From contig OZ024742.1 in NCBI GenBank assembly GCA_964016885.1, positions 359,848,001 through 359,912,000 on the forward strand: a stretch of DNA of 64,000 nt. Direction: 5' to 3'. The translations under genes were made by a program, and so were the position numbers. Of the stretch, positions 24,799-38,565 are shown piece by piece. The stretch comes from Eledone cirrhosa (Eukaryota). Positions within the stretch are counted from its first letter, which is position 1. Each line of letters begins with the position of its first letter. The notes below the pieces were generated by a model. The model was not told where the DNA came from and did not search any database. It was given only the letters and a program-made list of their open reading frames with translations.

Positions 24799-25167
24799 TG
24801 AGCAAAGGCACTGCACAAAGCCAATCCCACTCTCTTAATCAAGATGATATTTACCAAAAAGAAGAACAAGTCAACATTATTGGATACCATCAGGGTTGCA
24901 GGTGTTATATCAGAGTTTTCCTTCTCCTAGAATTCTGCCTTGACAAAGGCTAAGGAGTCATCTCTCCCGGTTATTTTGGATGGTCATTGACACTTAAGAG
25001 CTCCTTTGCCCTTTGACAGGTTTTGTTTTTAGTCCTGCAGGATGTCCAAAGTCACCCTCCTCACCAAGAAACCTTGGTGGGGTTGCCAGTTTAGTCGCCA
25101 ACGACCCGACCATGAGACAGGTTGTACTGGGATACATGTTACCAGTAGCACCAACTGGTGACCTGAC
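24799..25167 (-). mobile_element. RTE-derived non-autonomous element, 5' half
   Basis: Inverted copy of 27443-27810; contains the RTE 5'UTR-like motif CTAGGAGAAGGAAAACTC. Confidence 0.75.
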
Positions 25168-25324
25168 ATAATACATACATACATACTGACAGGGCATACA
25201 TACATACATACATACATACGTATATATATATCAAGGTGAAAAAATTCTATGCGTGTGATGTTTAACTAGATTGTATGTATATCTGTATGCGCTTGTGTGT
25301 AAAACATCTCCCTCTCACTCTCGC

Positions 25325-25379
<55 letters not shown>

Positions 25380-25382
<3 letters not shown>

Positions 25383-25821
25383 TATTGAAGTTTGCTTGAA
25401 GCATTGTGGAACAATAAGTAAATATCTATAAGTCGTTTTGAAGCCTCGACAATGCAAATGGGTAAATCTCCGGGTAACATGGTCCGGTGGTGGAGAGAGA
25501 GATGTAAGTGGGTGTACGTTGAGATGCGTGGTGTTTATAAGATGTGTGAGATGTGTAGAATGAAGGGGAGAGTAAAAGGATAAAAATAATAATAACAACA
25601 CAAGAGAGAGTTACCTTGGGAGAGATTTAATAGTCCCTATATATTTCGGATTCACATCCATCAACTGGGGTTTTTTCCGGGGTGGGGGAAAAGGTTGTCT
25701 GACGGACAAGTCCGGAAGGCGTCTTTCGGTGTTTGCTGATTTGAATATCTGAGGTATTCGGCAGAGCGCGCGTGCGCGTGAAATGGGGTCGGTCGTACAG
25801 AGGTCAGCGGCCGAATATATA

Positions 25822-25898
<77 letters not shown>

Positions 25899-26487
25899 CG
25901 AAGGAAATGTGGTAAGGAACCAGGTGGACCATAACGCACCAAAGTACTCAATACTTGAGGTAGTAGAGTGGGTAATAGGAACCAGTAAGACCCCGACAGC
26001 TGAGCTCAAGCCGTTTCGACGGAATTAGCCTGTCCAGAATTAGCCGTCGAAACGGCTTGAGCTCAGCTGTCGGGGTCTTACTGGTTCCTATTATATATAT
26101 ATATATATAGTTATAATAATAAATTTGAAGACCCCATTTCACGCGCACGCGCGCTCTGCCGAATACCTCAGATATTCAAATCAGCAAACAGCGAAAGACG
26201 CCTTCCGGACTTGTCCGACAGACAACCTTTTCCCCCACCCCGGAAAAAACCCCAGTTGATGGATGTGAATCCGAAATATATAGGGACTATTAAATCTCTC
26301 CCAAGGTAACTCTCTCTTGTGTTGTTATTATTATTTTTATCCTTTTACTCTCCCCTTCATTCTACACATCTCACACATCTTATAAACACCACGCATCTCA
26401 ACGTACACCCACTTACATCTCTCTCTCCACCACCGGACCATGTTACCCGGAGATTTACCCATTTGCATTGTCGAGGCTTCCAAACAA

Positions 26488-26490
<3 letters not shown>
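25380..26490. mobile_element. Fold-back element with hammerhead-like motif, interrupted by a PLE pseudo-LTR fragment
   Basis: About 25430-25790 is the reverse complement of about 26130-26490; hammerhead-like motif at 26250-26285 (+) and 25635-25670 (-). Confidence 0.75.
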
Positions 26491-26552
<62 letters not shown>

Positions 26553-26556
<4 letters not shown>

Positions 26557-27340
26557 ACCCCACCCCCTGTATAGATAAGAAATGTATAACCTGTAAATTA
26601 AGCCCCCATATTAACTGTAAAACTAGAAATGTAGTGTATAGCATAAGATTACTGAAGGACAATGTAGAGACAAAAATATAGTGTACATAGGTGAGACAGC
26701 TCGTAGTGTAGGGGAACGGATAAATGAACACTGGCGAGACATTCAAGATAGTAAAGAATCATCTGTACTCTACCAACATGCTAAAATAGAACATAAGGGT
26801 AAATTAGAGAACATAGAAATAAAAATAGAATCTACACACAGAAAAGACGCAATATTTAGACAAATCACAGAGGCAATAAACATAAGAGAATTACAACCAA
26901 AATTAAATAGAAAATATGAGTGGAACAGCAACATCACAACTTACAATTAAGGACAAAATGAAAACACACACGCACATAGAACAAACAACCAACCTGTAAC
27001 ATGTAAATAAACAAATAAATAAACGAATATAAACACACACAGACACCCGGATGTGGCGCATGCGCAGACTGAGCACACAACACACACACAGAAACAAAAT
27101 GGCGTAGGACAGAACAAAGGAGAGGCACAAAAACAAAGAAAAGAATCCCCAGTCACTGAAGAGGTCACAGAATGTGTGACGAAAGAACTTTGACAATATA
27201 TAAACAACCATCTGGTTGTGGAACCAACCAACCAACCGGAAATTTATAAATTCCTAAATTTATAAATTTATTATAATAAATTGAAGTGAAAGCAACTGGT
27301 GCGTGTGTTTCTTATTGGCAACATGACCCTCCCAAAGTAT

Positions 27341-27346
<6 letters not shown>
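26553..27346 (+). mobile_element. Penelope-like element family B, 3' fragment
   Basis: GIY-YIG YIGETARSVGERINEH...LNRKYEW; same family as 52550-54185; hammerhead at 27152-27194; TA flanks. Confidence 0.9.
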
Positions 27347-27410
<64 letters not shown>

Positions 27411-27442
27411 GTATGCCCTGTCAGTATGTATGTATGTATTAT

Positions 27443-28052
27443 GTCAGGTCACCAGTTGGTGCTACTGGTAACATGTATCCCAGTACAACCTATCTCATGG
27501 TCGGGTCGTTGGCGACTAAACTGGCAACCCCACCAAGGTTTCTTGGTGAGGAGGGTGACTTTGGACATCCTGCAGGACTAAAAACAAAACCTGTCAAAGG
27601 GCAAAGGAGCTCTTAAGAGTCAATGGCCTTCCAAAATCACCGGGAGAGATGACCCCTTAGCCTTTGTCAAGGCAGAATTCTAGGAGAAGGAAAACTCTGA
27701 TATAACACCTGCAACCCTGATGGTATCCAATGATGTTGACTTGTTCTTCTTTTTGGTAAATATCATCTTGGTTAAGAGAGTGGGACTGGCTTTGTGCAGT
27801 GCCTTTGCTCAATATAAAAGCTTCACGGCACAGGCATTGCTTTATATCTGTAGATCTCTCTGCACTTGTCGTCACATGGTACCATGGGCCCAGCACTATG
27901 TGTCAATAATTGTCACAAGTGTAGTGTTTGTACCAGAGTTTTCAAGTCGCTGGCTGGACTAAAAAGTCACACTTGTTCAACGCATCGGTAGGGGTTCTCC
28001 TACATGGATATAAAGTAGTGGCCGTACTCGAAAACGAGTTGGCAGCCACCAT
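27443..28052 (+). mobile_element. RTE-derived bipartite non-autonomous element with (ATGT)n tail
   Basis: RTE 5'UTR motif plus 3' end gcagccacc(atgt)n; copy at 39975-40557 and a diverged copy at 37867-38488. Confidence 0.75.
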
Positions 28053-28069
28053 GTATGTATGTATGCCCT

Positions 28070-28385
28070 GATGTATCACTCGAAACGATCGGTGTCCCCA
28101 TTGAATTGAAGTGCCCTGAGTGTGGAAAAATTTACTTGAGCAAATCTGGTCTCAGGAGCCACAGTCGCAGCCATGTTCAAAGAGAACCAGTGAACTATGA
28201 TCTCCACAGTGTTGTGAGGGTTCACAGGCAACCTGGTGTAAGACCTGAGGCCAGGGAGATCCATAGTTGTCGTCAATGTGGGAAGGAGTGCAAGTCTCTG
28301 GCAGGCTTGAAAAGCCATATCCGAGCTCACACATCTGAATCTGACAAGCGATTGCAATACTCTTGACAGAGTTTGCAGCCACCAT
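28070..28385 (+). mobile_element. RTE LINE 3' end with C2H2 zinc fingers
   Basis: CPECGKIYLSKSGLRSHSRSH and CRQCGKECKSLAGLKSHIRAH, then stop, then gcagccacc(atgt)n. Confidence 0.7.
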
Positions 28386-29079
28386 GTATGTGTGTATGTA
28401 TGTATGTACTCGTTCAGCGCATCGGTAGGGGTTCTCCTACATGGATATAAAATAGTGGCCATACTCAAAAACGAGTTAGCAGCCACCATGTATGTATGTA
28501 TGTATGTATGTATGTATGTATGTATGTATGTATGTATGTACGTATAGTATATTTAATAATTTACTGAATGTTTATTTAAAAACATTTTGAAGGCCATTCG
28601 CTATTAATTTTAAAGTAGTGACTAACGTCACATACCTATTCTCGGCAAAATCAAAGGGGAGTAATCGACGGTCACCGTTTCTCATTTGTAAGTGGTTTTA
28701 AAACTACACACCTCTTCGCTTTTGCTGATAGTGTTTAAGCAAAGAATCGCTGTCTTAACATTTCGGGAGTTGGCCCTTCATCAGAAAATAGAATGAAAAA
28801 TTAAAGGAGATACTGGAGAACGCAGGGCCAGATTTAATGCTAAGCTTTTTAGTTTTAGGACGGTTAGACAGTTTTAATTTAATACCTGTATGTATAACTT
28901 TTCAATTCCAATTACTTGTGTCAAGCTAACTTTGATATGTAAATTTGGAGGGTATTCTAATTTGTTGTAATTCTTCCAGGAATTTTAGTTACAATTAGAC
29001 CCGTCTCATGTTGGTTTAAACAAATATGACCTTCAAAACTGCTGGCAATTATTCCTGTTTCTAGTTAACCGCACATCAC

Positions 29080-29235
29080 AAGGGTAATGGAATATTTTGA
29101 GGCAAGCCAATACGCTGGCAGCATTACCACGTGTGATGGCGAGGCCAAGGCGCTGAAACATAATGGTGGACATGAAAATCATTGAAATTACCTTATGTAG
29201 CTCTTGGGCTTTCTTCGTCTCCCGTCTCAGAATAT
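29080..29235 (-). mobile_element. CRE-like non-LTR element C-terminal fragment
   Basis: FQRLGLAITRGNAASVL motif. Confidence 0.6.
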
Positions 29236-29532
29236 AATTCTTCGTGGATGATAATGTGTTGTCGGTTGCCTCAAGTAAACAAATGGTGGAGCACATTTTT
29301 AATATTTTAATTTGAAAAATTTAATATCTTGCCAGACACTGTTATAGATATTTTGACCGATTATCTGACCTTTTCACCCACACATTTAAATCTTTCCGAA
29401 ATCTTTCTATATGTTGTGATATGCTTTATGATTTTGGTTTTTTCAGAATGGTTAATAGCAAAATACTTATAACCTAAACAGTTTAAATTCTTGTAAACAA
29501 CCCAAGAATCGCAATAAATATTTGAGCCAGGT

Positions 29533-29757
29533 TTTACCCTTTAGCATTTGAATCGGCCATATCCGGCCAGAATTCTCTCACATCTTTCTGTTCAAACCAG
29601 CTGTAACTGGCCACTCATACTTATGATAAGGTATTGTTCACAAAATAAATAACATCAAAATCTCGTAGATTCAATATTATGTGAGATATGTAAGGTAAAG
29701 CCTTTACCACAAAAATACAATAGTATATATAGAGTAATGTAAATGCTAAAGGGTTAA
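29533..29757 (-). mobile_element. piggyBac-type MITE
   Basis: CCCTTTAGCATT...AATGCTAAAGGG-TTAA. Confidence 0.75.
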
Positions 29758-30334
29758 TATATTTTTGAATGTCTTTCTTGTCACGCTACAACAAGCGATG
29801 TTTGCTCACTTGCAGCTACAACCAAATCTGGCTGAAAACCTCTCACATTAGCAGCAAACTATTAAGGTTGCAACCATCTCCACATCTATACCCCCACCCC
29901 CAGTCAACTGGTTCCTGAAAATCACTTGTCCGTTACTTCGCAACAAAATAAGGCGGGATTTCGAGATATTTTCTGGCATTTCATCACAGTTTTATGTTCC
30001 CATAAATAGCTGTTATAATGGTTGAGGAAAAGAATATTATTCTATGGGCGAATGTGTGTTTTGTTTGTGAAATTATCTTTAAAATCTGATACAGAATAGT
30101 TACAGTACCATTTTTTTTTGTTTCTTGCACAACATATCTTTTCCTACATCGACATAAATGTTGCTTCCTTCAATATATACATTCCCTATTACAATGTAGG
30201 TAGATGATGGTTTTCCACAGAACACAGAAAACATATACTTTCTTTTAGTTATTTTATAAACAGCTACAATGCATTGGTAATAACCGAAAATGTACATTTC
30301 ACATGAAGTCATTTGTTTTATCCCCATAGAAAAT

Positions 30335-30518
30335 AATTGTTTCTACGTTTGGCACAAGGCTAGCAATAAACCAGTGTATTACTGGTACTTTATTTTATCG
30401 ACCCCATAAGGATGAAAGGCAAAGTTAACCTCGGCGGGATTTGAACTCAGAATGGCAAGGGCCGTAACTCTGTGCGTCAAAGCATGGCGTCCGACCCTCT
30501 ACCGATACTGCCAATCCA
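30335..30518 (-). mobile_element. tRNA-derived SINE
   Basis: Same family as 7120-7310; further copies at 31187-31375 (-) and 32362-32555 (+). Confidence 0.8.
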
Positions 30519-31682
30519 AGAAAATAATGTCTAATAAGCATGCGTGAACTGGTTAGTCACATGACGCGTGCTTAGTAGACATTGTCTGACACGACATTAG
30601 TGCAGTATCGGTAGAGCGTCGGACAACATCCTTTAAAGCATCGAGTTACGTCCCTTTATGTTCTGAGTTCAAACCCCCTTTATAATTTTAAGGGTAGTTG
30701 GTTTATATGTTTCGTTAAAACTGTCGTAAATTAGTCGCCAACCTCCCATCACCATCCACTTCCAGCATTTGTCGTGAGGTAGGGTTAACTAGAAAACGAA
30801 TAATTGCCAACGGTTTTGAAGGTCAAAATCGTTCAAAACTCGAAAACAAAACTAGAAAAAAATGTTCGTCTCCAAGACGAGATGGATTTACCTATAAAGG
30901 AAACCCCGAGAGTGTGTGACCCTCCCCTCTGTTTCCAAAACACGAGTCGTTTCCGACGTGTTTGGAGGTCAATTTTTTGTTTGTTTTTTTATTGAAAACA
31001 TACGAAAAATCTAGAAAAAATAATTTATTGTAAGAAACCTGTGAGGATGCCACCGTCTCCTCTTTTGTTTTCTAAAAAAGGAGTCATTTTCGGTGGGTTT
31101 GAAAGTGATAATTGTTGAAAACACACGAAAAAAGAAAAAAAGATAATAAAATAACTTTCCTATTAAACGCGAGACGTAAATATATAATTGTTTCTACTTT
31201 TGACACAAGGCCAGCAACGTGGACCCCAGTACGTTACTGGTACTATATTTTATCGCCCCCGTGTGGATGAAAGACAAAACTAACCTAAATAAGATTTGAA
31301 CTCAGAATGCGAACAGACGTAACTTGATGCTTTAAAACATGTTGTCCGACACTCTACCGATTACTCCCTATCCACTACTCTTATCCCCCAGCATACCATA
31401 TCGAGCATTTACCATTGGTTAGAGTCGACCCTTGCGTTGTGAGTAAAATTTGGTAGGTAGAAACTGTCTGGAAGCCCATCGAATGGACTCTACCAGTAAT
31501 TGAAAAAGTCTAAAGTCTGTCTCAACCCCGGAAGCTCATAAGGCCGGTGCTTACCCCAGTTTCCGTGGTATGAAGCGACTGTGGGTACAAGACGCCAGTC
31601 TATCATAGAGTTAAACCCCAGCTATTCCTGGTACTCATTTTCAGCTAAGTATACTGGAGCAGCTTGAAATGAAATGTTTTGC

Positions 31683-31946
31683 TTAACCCTTTAACATTTA
31701 CATTGCTCTATATCTACTATCGTATATTCACAGTAAAGGCTTTATCTTATATAATTATCTCACGCCATATCGAATGTATGAGATTTTGATGTTATTTATT
31801 TTGATAACAATACCTTATGAGCAGCCAGTTACAGCTGGTTTGAACAGGAATAGGTGTGAGAGTTCTGGCCGGATGTGGCTGGTTTGAACAGGAAGAGGTG
31901 TGAGAGTTCTGGTCGGATATGGCTGGTTTAAATGCCAAAGCGTTAA
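31683..31946 (+). mobile_element. piggyBac-type MITE with an internal ~43-bp duplication
   Basis: TTAACCCTTTAACATT...AATGCCAAAGCGTTAA. Confidence 0.7.
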
Positions 31947-33084
31947 AGAGTCAACCTTAACACAGTCCGTGTAACGCTGAATTTCCCCGAGAGCTACATT
32001 AAAGGTACACGTGTCTGTGGAATGTCAAGCCACTTACTCGTTAGTTTCATAAGCAGGCTGTTCTGCTCATCGAATGACTAGAATATTCATCGTCGAAACC
32101 GGTGGTGATCCATCGATTATCAACTGACCCCCCCCCCCACACACACACACACATTTTAAATCTATCTCCTCTCTACAAATAAACGTATCAGCCTCTTTTG
32201 TGAATCACTGCTTATTTGTAGGTTTTAACACAGGTTGCGCCAACCCTTTCTAGTGCAGAGGTGGAAAACCTTTTCATGTTGACAGGCCACATTAAGTTAC
32301 TTGTAATATAAGTCTGCATTCAAGAAACCATGATTATATATTCTTATATAATTATATAGAAGGGCGGTGGATTGGCAGTATCGGTAGAGGGTCGGGCACC
32401 ATGCTTTGCAGCAAAGAGTTACAGCCGTTTATGGTCTGAGTTCAAATCCCGCCGAGGTTAACTTTGCCTTTCATCTTTACGGGGGTCGATAAAATAAAGT
32501 ACCAGTAATACACTGGGATATTTGCTGGCCTTGTGCCAAAAGTAGAAACCATAATTATATATTCTTAACATTTTGATAATCACTGTCGTACTAAAGATCT
32601 CACTAACCAGCCACAGACAATGATGGTTCCAGTCAAGCAGGAATTTAATGTACATTCTAGAATCACAGAACTAAAACATGAGTATAGAAAGTGTTGAAAT
32701 GGTCCTTATGTTCTACTAATGTTTTAATTCTGGCTGTCTGTCAGTGTGGATTATTTCATTGAATTTTCTTTTACTCTTTGCTATTTAAAATATATTCATC
32801 TTATGGTTTAAATTAATATAATTAGAGATAGACAAAATCATAATAAAAATAGAAAATACGTTGGAAATGTTTTATTCTTTCAAAAGTCCTCACAGAATGG
32901 CATAGAATACTACAGGTTCCCATTTCTACCCTAGTGGTTCCCAACTTTTGTCTTCACCGCAAATATTTTCGGTGAAATCGCTCAAGAAATTTCAAGTGCC
33001 CACTGTATGTTATCCATATTTCTGAGGAATACTGAAAGAACGTCAGAATAAATGGTTTATACTCCTTAATATTTGTTTGAATGG

Positions 33085-36000
33085 CGATACCAAGATCTGA
33101 CCTTATAATGTCCTCCAGCTGACCAATACCAAGATCTGACCTTATAATGTCCTCCAGCTGACCAATGCCAAGATCTGACCATATCCTGTCCTCCAGCTGA
33201 CCAATGCCAAGATCTGACCACATCCTGTCCTCCAGCTGACCAATGCCAAGATCTGACCACATCCTGTCCTCCAGCTGACCAATGCCAAGATCTGACCACA
33301 TCCTGTCCTCCAGCTGACCAATGCCAAGATCTGACCACATCCTGTCCTCCAGCTGACCAATGCCAAGATCTGACCACATCCTGTCCTCCAGCTCACCAAT
33401 GCCAAGATCTGACCATATCCTGTCCTCCAGCTGACCAATACCAAGATCTGACCTTATAATGTCCTCCAGCTGACCAATGCCAAGATCTGACCTTATAATG
33501 TCCTCCAGCTGACCAATACCAAGATCTGACCTTATAATGTCCTCCAGCTGACCAATGCCAAGATCTGACCTTATAATGTCCTCCAGCTGACCAATGCCAA
33601 GATCTGACCTTATAATGTCCTCCAGCTGACCAATACCAAGATCTGACCTTATAATGTCCTCCAGCTGACCAATGCCAAGATCTGACCACATCCTGTCCTC
33701 CAGCTGACCAATACCAAGATCTGACCTTATAATGTCCTCCAGCTGACCAATGCCAAGATCTGACCACATCCTGTCCTCCAGCTGACCAATGCCAAGATCT
33801 GACCACATCCTGTCCTCCAGCTGACCAATGCCAAGATCTGACCATATCCTGTCCTCCAGCTGACCAATACCAAGATCTGACCTTATAATGTCCTCCAGCT
33901 GACCAATGCCAAGATCTGACCTTATAATGTCCTCCAGCTGACCAATGCCAAGATCTGACCTTATAATGTCCTCCAGCTGACCAATACCAAGATCTGACCT
34001 TATAATGTCCTCCAGCTGACCAATGCCAAGATCTGACCACATCCTGTCCTCCAGCTGACAAATACCAAGATCTGACCTTATAATGTCCTCCAGCTGACCA
34101 ATGCCAAGATCTGACCACATCCTGTCCTCCAGCTTACCAATACCAAGATCTGACCTTATAATGTCCTCCAGCTGACCAATGCCAAGATCTGACCTTATAA
34201 TGTCCTCCAGCTGACCAATACCAAGATCTGACCTTATAATGTCCTCCAGCTGACCAATGCCAAGATCTGACCACATCCTGTCCTCCAGCTGACCAATACC
34301 AAGATCTGACCTTATAATGTCCTCCAGCTGACCAATGCCAAGATCTGACCTTATAATGTCCTCCAGCTGACCAATACCAAGATCTGACCTTATAATGTCC
34401 TCCAGCTGACCAATGCCAAGATCTGACCACATCCTGTCTTCCAGCTGACCAATACCAAGATCTGACCTTATAATGTCCTCCAGCTGACCAATGCCAAGAT
34501 CTGACCACATCCTGTCCTCCAGCTGACCAATACCAAGATCTGACCTTATAATGTCCTCCAGCTGACCAATGCCAAGATCTGACCTTATAATGTCCTCCAG
34601 CTGACCAATACCAAGATCTGACCTTATAATGTCCTCCAGCTGACCAATGCCAAGATCTGACCTTATAATGTCCTCCAGCTGACCAATGCCAAGATCTGAC
34701 CTTATAATGTCCTCCAGCTGACCAATACCAAGATCTGACCTTATAATGTCCTCCAGCTGACCAATGCCAAGATCTGACCACATCCTGTCCTCCAGCTGAC
34801 CAATACCAAGATCTGACCTTATAATGTCCTCCAGCTGACCAATGCCAAGATCTGACCACATCCTGTCCTCCAGCTGACCAATACCAAGATCTGACCTTAT
34901 AATGTCCTCCAGCTGACCAATGCCAAGATCTGACCTTATAATGTCCTCCAGCTGACCAATACCAAGATCTGACCTTATAATGTCCTCCAGCTGACCAATG
35001 CCAAGATCTGACCACATCCTGTCCTCCAGCTGACCAATACCAAGATCTGACCTTATAATGTCCTCCAGCTGGCCAATGCCAAGATCTGACCTTATAATGT
35101 CCTCCAGCTGACCAATACCAAGATCTGACCTTATAATGTCCTCCAGCTGACCAATGCCAAGATCTGACCACATCCTGTCCTCCAGCTGACCAATACCAAG
35201 ATCTGACCTTATAATGTCCTCCAGCTGACCAATGCCAAGATCTGACCTTATAATGTCCTCCAGCTGACCAATACCAAGATCTGACCTTATAATGTCCTCC
35301 AGCTGACCAATGCCAAGATCTGACCACATCCTGTCCTCCAGCTGACCAATACCAAGATTTGACCACATCATGTCCTCCAGCTGACCAATGCCAAGATCTG
35401 ACCACATCCTGTCCTCCAGCTGACCAATACCAAGATTTGACCATATCCTGTCCTCCAGCTGACCAATGCCAAGATCTGACCACATCCTGTCCTCCAGCTG
35501 ACCAATGCCAAGATTTGACCACATCCTGTCCTCCAGCTGACCAATGCCAAGATCTGACCACATCCTGTCCTCCAGCTGACCAATACCAAGATCTGACCAC
35601 ATCCTGTCCTCCAGCTGACCAATGCCAAGATTTGACCACATCCTGTCCTCCAGCTGACCAATGCCAAGATCTGACCACATCCTGTCCTCCAGCTGACCAA
35701 TGCCAAGATCTGACCACATCCTGTCCTCCAGCTGACCAATGCCAAGATTTGACCACATCCTGTCCTCCAGCTGACCAATACCAAGATTTGACCACATCCT
35801 GTCCTCCAGCTGACCAATGCCAAGATTTGACCACATCCTGTCCTCCAGCTGACCAATAACAAGATTTGACCACATCCTGTCCTCCAGCTGACCAATACCA
35901 AGATTTGACCACATCCTGTCCTCCAGCTGACCAATACCAAGATTTGACCACATCCTGTCCTCCAGCTGACCAATACCAACATCTGACCACATCCTGTCCC

Positions 36001-37135
36001 CCAGCTGACCAATACCAAGATCTGACCACATCCTGTCCTCCAGCTGACCAATGTCAGGATCTGACCACATCCTGTCCTCCAGCTGACCAATACCAAGATT
36101 TGACCACATCCTGTCCTCCAGCTGACCAATACCAAGATTTGACCACATCCTGTCCTCCAGCTGACCAATACCAAGATTTGACCACATCCTGTCCTCCAGC
36201 TGACCAATGCCAAGATTTGACCACATCCTGTCCTCCAGCTGACCAATGCCAAGATCTGACCACATCCTGTCCTCCAGCTGACCAATGCCAAGATCTGACC
36301 ACATCCTGTCCTCCAGCTGACCAATGCCAAGATTTGACCACATCCTGTCCTCCAGCTGACCAATACCAAGATTTGACCACATCCTGTCCTCCAGCTGACC
36401 AATGCCAAGATTTGACCACATCCTGTCCTCCAGCTGACCTATACCAAGATTTGACCACATCCTGTCCTCCAGCTGACCAATACCAAGATTTGACCACATC
36501 CTGTCCTCCAGCTGACCAATACCAAGATTTGACCACATCCTGTCCTCCAGCTGACCAATACCAACATCTGACCACATCCTGTCCCCCAGCTGACCAATAC
36601 CAAGATCTGACCATATCCTGTCCTCCAGCTGACCAATGTCAAGATCTGACCACATCCTGTCCTCCAGCTGACCAATACCAAGATTTGACCACATCCTGTC
36701 CTCCAGCTGACCAATACCAAGATTTGACCACATCCTGTCCTCCAGCTGACCAATACCAAGATTTGACCACATCCTGTCCTCCAGCTGACCAATGCCAAGA
36801 TCTGACCACATCCTGTCCTCCAGCTGACCAATGTGAAGATCTGACCACATCCTGTCCTCCAGCTGACCAATGCCAAGATCTGACCTTATAATGTCCTCCA
36901 GCTGACCAATGCCAAGATCTGACCACATCCTGTCCTCCAGCTGACCAATGTCAAGATCTGACCACATCCTGTCCTCCAGCTGACCAATGCCAAGATCTGA
37001 CCACATCCTGTCCTCCAGCTGACCAATACCAAGATCTGACCTTATAATGTCCTGCAGCTGACCAATGCCAAGATCTGACCACATCCTGTCCTCCAGCTGA
37101 CCAATGCCAAGATCTGACCACACCCTGTCCCCTAG
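33085..37135. repeat. 39-bp minisatellite, about 104 copies
   Basis: Unit ccaagatctgacc[acatcc|ttataa]tgtcctccagctgaccaat[g|a]; the minus frame is open for 1406 codons (32954-37174). Confidence 0.97.
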
Positions 37136-37785
37136 CTTTACACACTTATTGAATTCGTAAGGTAATTTCAGCATCTAGGATCCCAACCCTTTACAACGTA
37201 TCCTTAAGATATAAGAATATATTTGCATCTAATCTAGAGTGAATTTCTACTACGAGGAATCCAGCCCTTGTCAATGTACCCCTAAAATATAAGAACGTAA
37301 TGTATCCCATTTCAAGTGAAGAAAGGCTTTGCACAGAGCCAATCCCACTCTCTGAACATCGAATGCATTTACCCTAAAAAGTAGGGCTGGTCTAGATCAT
37401 TGAATACAAATAACAGTTTAATTCTCTGTATATCTGATTAAATATTTACGTGAAGATATCTGTATGTAACTTACTAAGGCATAACGTATGTGACGAACGT
37501 GCAAATACACACACACTCACAGACACATACACATACACACTCATATACAAAATGTGACGTCGTCGTGTTATGAAATATATTAGTTGTCTATGGTAGATTA
37601 TTTCAGATAAAATTTTATATTGGTTTGATCCAAATGAAAATAAAAGTTGCATGTTGCAAATTCCAGGGTCTAATACCTTGTAAAATTATATTTGATTTGA
37701 TCCAGCCGTTTGAGAATGCATAAGGAAAAGACAGTCAGACAGAGAGGCAAAGAATTTATAAATATATTTATATGTGCGTGCGTGC

Positions 37786-37866
<81 letters not shown>

Positions 37867-38565
37867 GGGTCACCGTTGAGTGCTACTGGTAACATGTAAC
37901 CCAGTACAACCTGTAACATGGTCGGCTCGTCGGCGACTAAACCGGCAATCCCATCAAGTTTACTTGGTGAGGAGGGTGATTTTGAACACCCTGCAGGACA
38001 AAAAGCAAAACCTGACAAAGGGCGGAAGAACTCATAAGAGTCAACGGCCATCCAAAAATGTGTAAATATGTATATACACATGTACATATGTATGTATATG
38101 TATATGTATATGTGTATATACATGGGTGCATGTGTGTGTATATGCGCGGGGACATAGTCGGGCTGGACACCTGATCGCGCGGTTAAACCACTGGGAGTGA
38201 AGGACCTCTAGCCTTTGTCAGGGCATTCTTCTAGGAGAAGGCAACTCAGGAAACTTGGATAACACCGATATAAAACCTATGGCTCAGTAGTTACCGATGA
38301 TGTTGATCTTTCCTTCTTTTCGGGTTATAGCTACTGTCGCTCAGAGAATGCGATTGGCTCAGTGCACAGTCTTTCCTCACTTAAAAAAATCTTCACGCAC
38401 AGCCATTGCACAATAGAATTAATTAATAATCATTAATAATAGTATATCGTGCAATGGCCATACTCGATAACGAGGGCGCAGCCATCATGTATGTATGTAT
38501 GTATGTATGTATGTATGTATGTATGTATGTATGTATGTATGTATGTATGTATGTATGTATGTATG

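Noticed and set aside
28055-28366. Host C2H2 zinc-finger gene
   Set aside because: It ends in a retroelement tail and begins in a microsatellite, which fits an RTE C-terminus.
33085-37135. CRISPR-like array
   Set aside because: Contiguous tandem units without unique spacers, in a eukaryotic context.
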